From: Squalus acanthias
Lineage: Eukaryota
Reading direction: 5' to 3'
Length of the DNA: 64,000 nt
NCBI GenBank assembly: GCA_030390025.1
Contig: JASTWF010000760.1
Location: 62,001 to 126,000 of the forward strand
Shown here: piece after piece, positions 24,880-36,228 of the stretch
How positions within the stretch are numbered: the first letter of the stretch is position 1
How the letters are laid out: every line of letters starts with the position of its first letter
Translations under genes and position numbers: made by a program
The notes under the pieces: model-generated
Told to the model about the DNA's origin: nothing
Seen by the model: only the letters and a program-made list of their open reading frames with translations
Database searches by the model: none

Positions 24880-25635
24880 GGGGAATGTGAAAGGCAGAAA
24901 AGTTATGTTCAATTTCTATACAACCTTGGTTAGACCAGACTTAGAGTACTGTGCACAATTCTGGTCTCCATATCGCACTTAGAGTACTGTGTACAGGTCT
25001 GGTCTCCATAACTCACTTAGTGTACTGTTCATAATTCTGGTCTCCATATCATCCTTCGAGTGCTGTGTACAGGTCTGGTCTCCATAACACACTTTGTGTA
25101 CTGTCCATAGTTCTGGTTGCCATATTATAAGAATAATACAGAGGTACTGGAGAAGTGCAAAAAAAGATTTACAAGGACGATACCAGAACTGAAAGATTTT
25201 AACTGTCGAGAATGATTGAACGGGCTTGGGATCTTTTCTCTAGAAAAGAGAAGGCTGAGGGGTGACCGAATTGAGGTCTTTACAATTATGAAGTGGGCTG
25301 AAAGGTTAGACGTAGAGACAATATTTCTGCTTGAGGAGGAGCCCGATACTATGGGCCATAAATATAAGATTATCACTAACAAATACAATAGGGAATTCAG
25401 GAGAAACTTCTTTAGCCAGAGAGTTGGTAGAATGTGGAACTCGCTACCACATGGAGTAGTTGAGGCGAATAGCATAGATGTGTTTCAGGGGAATCTAGAT
25501 AAGCACATGAGGGAAAAAGGAATAGAAGGTTATGTTGATGGGGGAGATGAAGTAGGGAGAGAGGAGGCTCATGTGGAGCATAAACACCGACCTGTTGGGC
25601 CGAATGGCCTGTTTCTGTGTTGTAGATTCTATGTA
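24880..25635 (+). mobile_element. CR1 LINE 3' fragment with an internal short tandem duplication
   Basis: [31 protein letters not shown]; the gagtactgtg..ctggtctccat unit is repeated at 24940-25125. Confidence 0.88.
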
Positions 25636-25705
25636 AAAACCGCTTTACAGTACATAATTATTTGGATTGTTACAAATAATCCCAATAAAATGTATTTTCT
25701 TGCAG

Positions 25706-26017
25706 ATCGTGTGGTACAGCATCCAACTGTGATCCTCACCCTGAGTTCCAGTGACGAAATCATCAGCAGCAGGTCTGCAACCGCCGTCTGTTCAATCATC
25801 GATTTCCATCCAAAGTCACTGACCGTGAATTGGCTGAAGAATGGACAACTCATGGATTCGGGCTTCGTCACCTCTCCCGTCTTTGAAGTGAACGGGAACT
25901 TCTCGGCGACCAGTCGGCTGACATTCCCCGCCGGGCATTGGTTCGCCGGCTCGGTCTATACCTGCCGGGTCTCTCATCAAGGGGTCACCCAAAGCCCAAA
26001 CATCACCAGATCTCAGG
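25706..26017 (+). CDS. IGHM: IgM constant exon Cmu2 (first C exon present)
   Basis: Acceptor ttgcag|at. [75 protein letters not shown] matches shark Cmu2 as remembered from horn shark. Donor g|gtaag. Confidence 0.93.
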
Positions 26018-26322
26018 GTAAGAGGCACAACCCCGAGAAGTCCCAGATCATTCTGAGCGCTGATCTCAGTCAGGACTTTTATTGGAATGAGTAAAAAGCA
26101 CAGAAATATTTCTAATTTCCAATCATGCAGTTTATGTTTCCTTCCGATGTCAGTGCTGACTCAGGGTTCCTCACGGTTCAGGATTCCAGCACTTCGCCAA
26201 ATGTTTCCCTCAGCTGTGATGTCAGACAGTGAGTGAGGTGTCCTCAGTCTCAGGTTAACCCTGAGAAAGCTCTATTTCTGATTTACAATCATGCTGTTTG
26301 AGTTTTATTCCAATATAAAATA

Positions 26323-26740
26323 AAAGAAAGAACTGCCTTTATATAGCGCCTTTCCCGACCTCCGGGCGTCACAAAGCGCTTTACTGCCAAGGAAATACTT
26401 CCTGAAATGTGGTCACTGTTGTAATGTAGAAATCGCGGCGGCCAATTTGCAGACAGTAAGGTCCCACAAACAGCAATGTGATAATGATCAAATAATCTTA
26501 TGATTTGGTGATGTTTGTTGAGGGATGAGTATTGGTCAGGACACCTGGGAGAACTCCCCCGCTCTTCCTCCAAATAGTGCCATGGGATCGTTTATGTCCA
26601 ACTGAGAGAGCAGACGTCGGTTTAACGTCTGATCCAGAAGACGACAATGCAGCGCTCCCTCAGTGCTGCACTGGGAGTGTCAGCGCACATTTTGTGTTTA
26701 AGTATCTGGAGTGCGACTTGAACCCACGATCTTCTGAATC
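26323..26740 (-). mobile_element. tRNA-derived SINE, 5'-truncated
   Basis: Homologous to the fuller copy at 54983-55437. Confidence 0.8.
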
Positions 26741-26934
26741 AGGATTCCTCATGGCTCAGGATTCCATAACCTCGCCAAAGAAGGTTTCCCTCTGCTCTGA
26801 TGTCAGAGAGTGCATGAGGTGTCCTTGGTCTCAGGTTTATCCTGAGTTGGCTGATCATATTCGGAGCGGCAGTAGGTGTCTGGAACCCTTTACTGGTAAC
26901 TGTCTGGGGACGCACTGCTGGAAAGGACATCTAC

Positions 26935-27490
26935 CCTATTTAGAGAACTGCGTTCAATTCTGGGCACCGCACATCAGGATGGATATACTGGCTTTAGAGG
27001 GTGCAACGCAAATTCACCCGAATCATACCGGGGCTGAAATGGTTAAATTATGAGGAGAGGTTGCACAGAATATGCTTGTATTCCTCTGAGTATAGAAGAT
27101 TAAGAGGTGATCTAATTTACGTGTTTATGTTGATAAATGGAATTGATAGGGGAGATAGAGAGAAACTATTTCCTCTGGTGCGTGAGTCCAGAACAAGGGG
27201 CATAACCTTAAAATTAGAACCGAGCCGTTCAGGGGTGATGTCAGGAAGCACTTCTTCACACAAAGGACAGTGGAAATCTGGAAGTCGCTCGCCGCAAAAC
27301 TGGTTGAGTCTGGGGGTCAATTGAAAATTTCAAAACAGATATTGATAGATTTTTGTAAGGCAAGGGTATCAAGGGTTACAGAAACAAGGCGGGTAGATGG
27401 TGTTGAGGTGTAGATCAGCCATGATCTCATTGAATGGCGGAACAGGCTGGATGGGCTGAATGGCCTACTCCTGTTCCCATGTTGTTATTA
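26935..27490 (+). mobile_element. CR1 LINE 3' fragment
   Basis: YLENCVQFWAPH..QRKFTRIIPGL..YEERL..RRLRGDLI. Confidence 0.88.
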
Positions 27491-28183
27491 CTGCCCTGCG
27501 GTCATATTTCCTTCTGACTCTCTCTCACCAGACATGTTAAGTGCTCACTAATGACAGAAATGAACAAACTACTTCACATCGGCATTACACATTATTCACC
27601 ACCACAAAAGACCCCTTGGAACTCCATTCTCCCGACCTTTCACTTCTCCTCTGACGGGGCTGCAACTGATTCCTGCACATTTTCATCGCCCCAAAATCGC
27701 AACAAGACATCAGAAAATTAACTTTGTTTCCTGTTGCACCTAAAATCCTGGATATCATTTGACACTCGTTTTGAACCAGTGTAATTTTCGTGTAGAGCTC
27801 TTGACCCTGGGGGCGGAGCCATTATAATGAGCGGGAATGCGTTCGGGCACAAGGATCTATAGACGGGCGTAAAGGAGCAAGGGATTTCGGGAAGAGCGCT
27901 ATTCAGTGCGTAAGACAATTGCGCCCGATTTATTCATTTTTTACGCCGGGTATTTGCTTCACAGCCCATTACAGGAGGCTCTGGGAGCAACTACACAGGA
28001 AATGTTAAAGAGTCTCCCGGAATCGTTGTCAATTCGTTGTCCTTCCAATAACGATGGTGTTTAAGCAACAACGAGAGGTTGATATCTCAAAGGTGATTTA
28101 TTCTCCCTGAGAGAGTGAAGGCTGAATACTGGTGTCCTGATTCTGAAGATGAAGCTTTGCTTGACTTTCATTTCTGTTCACAG

Positions 28184-28492
28184 ATGGTTCCTCATGCAAC
28201 GATCCAGAAATCACTCTTCCGCAACCGTCACTAGAACAGGTCTTACTGGAGGCGACGGTGACCTTAACCTGCGTCGTGTCTAATGCTCCTTATGGAGTCA
28301 ACGTGTCCTGGACCCGAGAAAAGGAGACTTTGAAATCAGAGATTGCCGTCCAACCCGGAGAGGCTCCCAACAGCGTGATCAGCAACTTAAACATCTCGAC
28401 ACAAGCCTGGCTGAGTGGGGATGAGTTCTACTGCGTGGTGAGCCATCAGGATATGCCGACTCCTATAAGAGATTCCATCCACAAGGAAAAAG
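28184..28492 (+). CDS. IGHM: IgM constant exon Cmu3
   Basis: cacag|at; [72 protein letters not shown]; donor g|gtgag. Confidence 0.95.
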
Positions 28493-29011
28493 GTGAGCGG
28501 TGAGATTGTAGCAATAAGTGAGACTCTGTGACTATTTCCGGTGCTTGTGCACGGCCCAATTCGTTCTATTAAGTGTTTTAATGGACTGCTCTGATAATTC
28601 AATGGGTAATTCCACTAACTAAACACTCTGGGACCAGAGATGATGCATTTAAAGGGAAGCTGGATAAGTCAATGAGGGGAAAAGGAATAGAAGGATATGT
28701 TATTAGGGTTAGATGAAATAAGGTGGGAGGAGTCTCGTGTGGAGCATAAACAGCGGCATTGACCAGTTGGGCCGAATGGTCTGTTTCTGTGATGTAAATT
28801 CGATATAATTTTCCAGTCCAACTCTTCAAGCTCCCAGAGAGAAGGATTGCATCCCCCTCTGCTCCGGGCTGGAAAACCGGACAGGACACAGAGGGGGAAA
28901 AGGGAATCCTTTAAAATTCAGCGCAAAGCACATTTCTCTCACATCTAACCGCCGGTTTCATTGTCTCTGGAATTCTCCAGTTTATTGACCTTTGTTGTGA
29001 TTGTTCTGCAG

Positions 29012-29403
29012 CTAAAGATCCGCGGGAACCGTCCGTGTCTGTCCTCCTGCCCCCGGCAGAAGAAGTCTCCGCTCAGAGGTTCGTCAGCCTCACCTGCTTA
29101 GTGAGAGGTTTCTCCCCCCGAGAGATCTTCGTCAAGTGGACCGTCAATGACAAGCCGGTGAATTCCGGCAACTACAAGAACACCGAGGTGATGGCGGAGA
29201 ACGGCAGCAGTTCCTTCTTCATGTACAGCCTGTTATCCATTGCAGCGGAGGAGTGGGCCAGCGGCGCTTCTTACTCCTGTGTGGTGGGACATGAAGCGAT
29301 CCCCTTGAAGATCATCAACAGAACGGTTAATAAATCCAGCGGTAAACCCAGTTTTGTCAACATTTCCCTTGTTCTGATGGACACCGTCAATTCTTGTCAA
29401 TGA
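29012..29403 (+). CDS. IGHM: IgM constant exon Cmu4 with secretory tailpiece
   Basis: [58 protein letters not shown]|[20 protein letters not shown]. An internal donor g|gtaaac after 29341 serves the membrane form. Confidence 0.97.
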
Positions 29404-29431
29404 GAATCTCTCGATTGCATTTCAGTTCTTG

Positions 29432-29447
29432 AATAAAAACCAATAAA
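29432..29447 (+). terminator. Poly(A) signals of the secreted form
   Basis: AATAAA at 29432 and 29442, just after the stop codon. Confidence 0.75.
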
Positions 29448-29837
29448 GGCCTTTTCTTCCAATCGTCAGTTACACACACAGCCGCTCAATTAATTTTGTT
29501 TCCCATTTTTGCCAAGGGGAGGGCTGTTTATCTGAAGCAGGATATTTGCCGGTCTCGGGCCCAAGGCTTGTACAGCCAGCGCTCCCAGCTCAGATACACC
29601 ACGGGTTAGAGACAGACTGAAGCTCTTTCATGACAGGATTCCTCAAAGTCACTTCAGCAACTTTCCTCCCGCTGGGGGGAATCAAAAAGTTCCAATTTCA
29701 GACAAACAAACGCAGCACATTTAGATCTCGGTGTCCCTGTTTCTCGTGTTGTCCATCCCTTCAGAATTGGGGCCAGTTTTATTTTGCAGCATCGCACCCT
29801 CTGGGATCTGAAATAAGGCCACACACGAACACGAACT

Positions 29838-32800
29838 GTAACCCCACTCCCCCACCAGAGAGAGGGGAAAGGGCAATTGTTAACCCACTGTACCCCACTC
29901 CCCCACCAGAGAGAGGGGAAAGGGCAATTGTTAACCCACTGTACCCCCACTCCCCCACCAGAGAGAGGGGAAAGGGCAATTGTTAACCCACTGTACCCCC
30001 ACTCCCCACCAGAGAGAGGGGAAAGGGCAATTGTTAACCCACTGTACCCCCACTCCCCCACCAGAGAGAGGGGGAAAGGGCAATTGTTAACCCACTGTAC
30101 CCCCACTCCCCCACCAGAGAGAGGGGAAAGGGCAATTGTTAACCCACTGTACCCCCACTCCCCCACCAGAGAGAGGGGAAAGGGCAATTGTTAACCCACT
30201 GTACCCCCACTCCCCCACCAGAGAGAGGGGAAAGGGCAATTGTTAACCCACTGTACCCCCCACTCCCCCACCAGAGAGAGGGGAAAGGGCAATTGTTAAC
30301 CCACTGTACCCCCACTCCCCCACCAGAGAGAGGGGAAAGGGCAATTGTTAACCCACTGTACCCCCACTCCCCCACCAGAGAGAGGGGAAAGGGCAATTGT
30401 TAACCCACTGTACCCCCACTCCCCCACCAGAGAGAGGGGAAAGGGCAATTGTTAACCCACTGTACCCCCACTCCCCCACCAGAGAGAGGGGAAAGGGCAA
30501 TTGTTAACCCACTGTACCCCCACTCCCCCACCAGAGAGAGGGGAAAGGGCAATTGTTAACCCACTGTACCTCCCACACCCCACCAGAGAGGGGGGAAAGG
30601 GCAATTGTTAACCCACTGTACCCCCCACTCCCCCACCAGAGAGAGGGGAAAGGGCAATTGTTAACCCACTGTACCCCCCACTCCCCCACCAGAGAGAGCG
30701 GAAAGGGCAATTGTTAACACAATGTACCTCCCACTCCCCCACCAGAGAGAGGGAAAAGAGCAATTGCTAACCCACTGTACCCCCACTCCCCCACCCGAGA
30801 GAGGGAAAAGTGCAATTGTTAACCCACTGTACCCCCACTCCCCCACCAGAGAGAGGGGAAAGGGCAATTGTTAACCCACTGTACCCCACTCCCCCAGCAG
30901 AGAGAGGTGAAAGGGCAATTGTTAACCCACTGTACCCACTACTCTCCCACCAGAGAGAGGTGAAAGGGCAATTGTTAACCCAATGTACCCACTACTCCCC
31001 CACCAGAGAGAGGTGAAAGGGTAATTGTTAACCAACTGTACCCTCCACTCCCCCACCAGAGAGTGGGAAAATGGTAATTGTTAACCCACTGTACCTCCCA
31101 CTCCCCACCAGAGAGAGGGGAAAGGGCAATTGTTAACCCACTGTACCTCCCACTCCCCCACCAGAGAGAGGGGAAAGGGCAATTGTTAACCCACTGTACT
31201 CCCACTCCCCCACCAGAGAGAGGGGAAAGGGCAATTGTTAACCCACTGTACCTCCCACTCCCCCACCAGAGAGAGGGGAAAGGGCAATTGTTAACCCACT
31301 GTACCTCCCACTCCCCACCAGAGAGAGGGGAAAGGGCAATTGTTAACCCACTGTACCTCCCACTCCCCCACCAGAGAGAGGGAAAGGGCAATTGTTAACC
31401 CACTGTACCTCCCACTCCCCCACCAGAGAGAGGGGAAAGGGCAATTGTTAATCCACTGTACCTCCCACTCCCCCACCAGAGAGAGGGGAAAGGGCAATTG
31501 TTAACCCACTGTACCTCCCACTCCCCCACCAGAGAGAGGGGAAAGGGCAATTGTTAACCCACTGTACCTCCACTCCCCCACCAGAGAGAGGAGAAAGGGC
31601 AATTGTTAACACACTGTACCTCCACTCCCCCAACAGAGAGAGGGGAAAGGGCAATTGTTAACCCACTGTATCCCCACTCCCCCACCAGAGAGAGGGGAAA
31701 GGGCAATTGTTAACTCTCTTTACCTCCCACTGCCCCACAAGAGACAGGGGAAAGGGCTATTGTTAACCCATTGTACCCCCTACTCACCCACCAGAGAGAG
31801 GTGAAAGTGCAATTGTTAAACCAATGTACCCCCACTCCCCCACCAGACAGAGGGGAAAGTGCAATTGTTAACCCGCTGTACCCCCCACTCCCCCAGCAGA
31901 GAGAGGGGAAAGGGCAATTGTTAACCCACTGTACCACCCACTCCCCCACCAGAGAGAGTGGAAAGGGCAATTGTTAACCCACTGTACCCCCCACTCCCTC
32001 ACCAGAGAGAGGGGAAAGTGCAATTGTTAACCCACTGTACCCTCACTTCTCCACCAGTGGGAGGGGAAAGGGCAATTGTTAACCCGCTGTACCTCGCACT
32101 CCCCCACCAGAGAGAGGGGAAAGGGCAATTTTTAACCCACTCTACCTCCCACTCCCCCACCAGAGAGAGGGCAAACGGCAATTGTTAACCCACTGTACCC
32201 CCCACTACCCCACCAGAGAAAGGGGGAAGTGCAATTGTTAACCCACTGTACCCCCCACTCTCCCACCAGAGAGAGGGAAAGGGCAATTGTTAACCCACTG
32301 TACCCCCACTACCCAACGAGAGAGAGGGGGAAGTGCAATTGTTAACCCACTGTACCTCCCACTCCCCCACCAGAGAGAGTGGAAACGGCAATTGTTAACC
32401 CACTGTACCCCCACTACCCAACTAGAGAGAGGGGGAACTGCAATTGTTAACACACTGTACCCCCCACTCCCCCACCAGAGAAAGGGGGAAGTGCAATTGT
32501 TAACCCACTGTACCCCCCACTCACCACCAGAGAGAGGTGAAAGGGCAATTGTTAACCCACTGTACCTCCCACTCCCCCACCAGAGAGAGGGGAAAGGGCA
32601 ATTGTTAACCCACTGTACTCACACTACCCAACTAGAGAGAGGGGGAAGTGCAATTGTTAACCCACTGTACCCCCACTCCCCCAACAGGGAGAGGGGAAAG
32701 GGCAATTGTTAACCCACTGTACCTCCCACTCCCCCACCAGAGAGAGGGGAAAGGGCAATTGATAACGCACTGTACCCTATTCCCCCACCAGAGAGAGGGG

Positions 32801-33278
32801 AAAGGGCAATTGTTAACCCACTGTACCCCCACTACCCAACTACAGAGAGCGGAAAGGGCAATTGTTAACCCACTGTACCTCCCACTCCCCCACCAGAGAG
32901 AGGGGAAAGGACAATTTTTATCCCACTGTATCTCCCACTCCCCCACCAGCGAGAGGGGAAAGGGCAATTGTTATCCCACTGTATCTCCCACTCCCCCACC
33001 AGCGAGAGGGGAAAGGTCAATTGTTAACCCACTGTATCTCCCACTCCCCCCCCAGAGAGAGGGGAAAGGGCAATTGTTATCCCACTGATTCTCCCACTCC
33101 CCCACCAGCGAGAGGGGAAAGGGCAATTGTTAACCCACTGTATCTCCCACTCCCCCACCAGAGAGAGGGGAAAGGACAATTGTTAACCCACTGTACCTCC
33201 CACTCCCCTAGCAGACAGAGCGGAAATGGCAATTGTTAACCCACTGTACCTACTACTGCCCCACCATAGAGAGGGGAA
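29838..33278. repeat. ~52-bp minisatellite, roughly 65 copies (ttgttaacccactgtacccccactcccccaccagagagaggggaaagggcaa)
   Basis: Directly visible. It resumes at 34337-34410 after a CR1 insertion. Confidence 0.97.
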
Positions 33279-33279
33279 A

Positions 33280-34337
33280 AAATCATTTTCAGGTTGGAAA
33301 GCTGTAACTAGTGGGGTGCCACAGGGATCAATGCTGGCGCCTCAACTATTTGCAAACTATATTAATGACTTGGATGGAGGGACCGAGTGTACTGTTGCCA
33401 AATTTGCTGACGATACAAAGATAGGTGGGAAAGCAAGTTGTGGGGAGTACTCAAAGAGTCTGCAAAGGTATAAAGACAGATTAAATGAGAGTGCAAACAT
33501 TTGGCAGATGGAGTATAATGTGGGAAAATGTGAGGTTATCCACTTTGGTAGGAAGAATAAAAAAGCAAAATATTATTTAAATGGAGAGAGACTACAGAAT
33601 GCTGCGGTACAGAGTGACCTGGGGGTTCTCGTACATGAAACACAATACGTTAGCATGCAGGTACAGCAAGTAATTGGAAAGGCAAATTGAATATTGGCCT
33701 TTATTGCAAGGGGGATGGAGTATAAAAGTAGTGAATTCTTGCTACAACTGTACAGGGCGTTCGTGAGACCACACCTGGAGTACTGCGTACAGTTTTGTTC
33801 TCCTTATTTAAGGAAGGATATATTTGCATTGGAGGCAGTTCAGAGAAGGTTCCCTAGGTTAATTCCTGAGTTGAAGCGGTTGTCTTATGAGGAAACGTTG
33901 AGCAGGTTGGGCCTGTACTCATTGGAGTTTCGACGAATGAGAGGTTATCTTATTGAAACATATAAGATTCTGATGGGGCTTGACAGGGTAGATGCAGGGA
34001 GGATGTTTCCCCTCATGGGGGAATCTAGAACTAGAGGGCATAGTTTCAGAATAAGGCGTCGCCCATTTAAAAGGGAGATGAGGAGGAATTTCTTTTCTCA
34101 GAGGGTCGTGAATCTTTGGAATTCCCTACCCCAGAGTTGTGGAAGCTGAGTCATTGAATATATCTAAGGCAGAGATAGACAGGTTTTTGAAAAGCAGGGG
34201 AATCAAGGGTTATGGGGAGCGGGCAGGAAAGTGGAGTTGAGGCCATGATCAGATCAGCCAAGATTTTATTGAATGGCGGAGCAGGCTCGAGGGGCCGAAT
34301 GGCCTACTCCTGCTCCTATTTCTTATGTTCTTATGTT
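33280..34337 (+). mobile_element. CR1 LINE RT and 3' fragment inserted into the minisatellite
   Basis: [37 protein letters not shown].. Confidence 0.93.
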
Positions 34338-34739
34338 CCCCCACCATTGAGGGGAATGGGCAATTGTTAACCCACTGTACATCCCACACCCAACCAGAGA
34401 GGGGAGGTGAACCAATCTTTATTTAATTAACTCAGTTGCCATCAGTAATAAGTCAGCTTCTAACTCACTGTCCGACTTGCCGCATGGGAAGCATATTGTA
34501 AAATAAATATTTATTCATCATATTATCTTTAACTAGTGTTTGGGGCAAATCTGTCCCTGTTATTCGTAAACTAACAGTTTGAATTTTAATAGTCCAAATC
34601 TAAACTGGTGATTGAATCCTCTGCGGGTTTCCCACGGTTGTGTACCTGATGGTTCTGAGGCCCATCGGTTGAAATGTTACATTCCATCGGCTGACGTCAC
34701 ATTGCGTCTCACAGAGAATACATTTACACAGAGCGGGGA

Positions 34740-35310
34740 AGAATGCGTGTAAAAGTGAGTGTGTCTGTGTTTATGTGCAAGTGTGTTTGCGATTTTGTGT
34801 GAGTGTGTGTGTTTATGTGTAAGTGCACAGTTATACATAAACACACATAGAATTAACACACACACACACACATTAACACACTGACACAGAATATTACACA
34901 TAACAAAATATAAAAAACACCGTCATTGTCAGACCAAGTTATTGGTACTCTCTGAAACTTTGAACATTAGCGAAAATACACACACACCCTTATACAAAAC
35001 ACTCAAAAACACACGCATAATTAAACACATCAACACAAACACACACACAATTACACACCCAACACACACATTTACATGCAAACACAGTTATAAATAAACA
35101 CACAAAAACTTATACATAAACATACACACACACACTTACACATAAATACACATACATAGAATTACACATAAATACACACACTTACACAAAAAACAGGCAC
35201 GCACACACTTACACGTAAATACACATGCACAGCATTGCACATCAACACACTCACTCAGACTAAACCAAAACAAGAGATCGTCATACACACAAACACAAAC
35301 ACTAAAGCGC
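34740..35310. repeat. TG/CA-rich low-complexity region
   Basis: Directly visible. Confidence 0.85.
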
Positions 35311-35951
35311 ACAAATAAAAGTCAGGCTATAGACGAATGTAGAATTAAAATGCAATTTTTTCCGGGCAAAGTCTCCAACGATTGTTCTGAATAAATAATT
35401 CCAAATACCATAACATCTCACATTTCTCTATTCTGGTCCTACTCATACACTGAATCAATGATCTTGTTGGAAACTGAAACAAGTTAATTATATTCAGAGC
35501 ATTGCCATAACAAATAAATAAACAAGATTATAAATCACATCTGATCTCTTGCCCAACCCCCTTGACAGTCTACAAATAAGTAGCTATCTAAACCTATCGT
35601 TAAAATAATCGACATTAATCAGTAAACCTTCCTCGATATTTCATCAAATTATTCCCGAATGATAGATTGTATGAAATTGATGCAAAATGAATTAGCGTGT
35701 GACATTGAAGGAAAAAATGTCATATTTTCCAAACACGGACTATAGGAGGATCATAAAGGAAGCGCGACTGTGGAGTTAGGAACAGAGATAGATTGCTGAG
35801 AGAGATTAACTTACTACAAGACATACATTGAAAATTCAATTAGAGAACAAGCTAATAACTTAAAGGAAAATAAAAGAGATTATTTAAAAATAATTTGATA
35901 TATTGGATTAATAAAGGATCTGAATATATTTCCTCCTCTACATTCCCGTAG

Positions 35952-36079
35952 ATTCCTCAGACCACATCTTGATTGAAGACTATGAGGAAGAGAGCGGCAC
36001 CATCTGGACAACCGCTTCCACATTCATCATCCTGTTCTTCCTGAGCATGTCCTACAGCACTGCCGTCACTCTGGTGAAG
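35952..36079 (+). CDS. IGHM: IgM transmembrane exon TM1
   Basis: cgtag|at; DSSDHILIEDYEEESGTIWTTASTFIILFFLSMSYSTAVTLVK|gtgaga. This is the conserved antigen-receptor TM motif, in phase with the Cmu4 internal donor. Confidence 0.95.
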
Positions 36080-36219
36080 GTGAGAAGATTCAATCCACTC
36101 ACACTTCGATCAGACTGAAGCAGTTCGACAAATCTCTAAAAGTTTCATTGATAAAAACCCTGAGATAAATGCCCAAACCCACTAAATCTCTGTTCCATTT
36201 TTTTATCCCTCTTTTACAG

Positions 36220-36228
36220 GTCAAGTGA
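36220..36228 (+). CDS. IGHM: IgM TM2 exon (VK-stop)
   Basis: Polypyrimidine tract, tacag|GTC AAG TGA. AATAAA follows at 36292 and 36674. Confidence 0.9.
   Translation, partial: VK

Noticed and set aside
25216-26094. 292-aa ORF fusing a CR1 RT tail to Cmu2, as a possible replacement first domain
   Set aside because: Chance read-through from a non-ATG start. Cmu2 has its own canonical acceptor at 25705/25706.
25706-29403. IgW or IgNAR identity for the cluster
   Set aside because: The three C exons, tailpiece and TM match shark IgM, and the V has a full CDR2 and VH framework, unlike VNAR.
29630-33239. Repetitive ORFs or a CRISPR-like array
   Set aside because: Head-to-tail minisatellite with no unique spacers, in vertebrate DNA. 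The ORFs are repeat translations, and the same applies to the 27-bp arrays at 5.1-7.7 kb.
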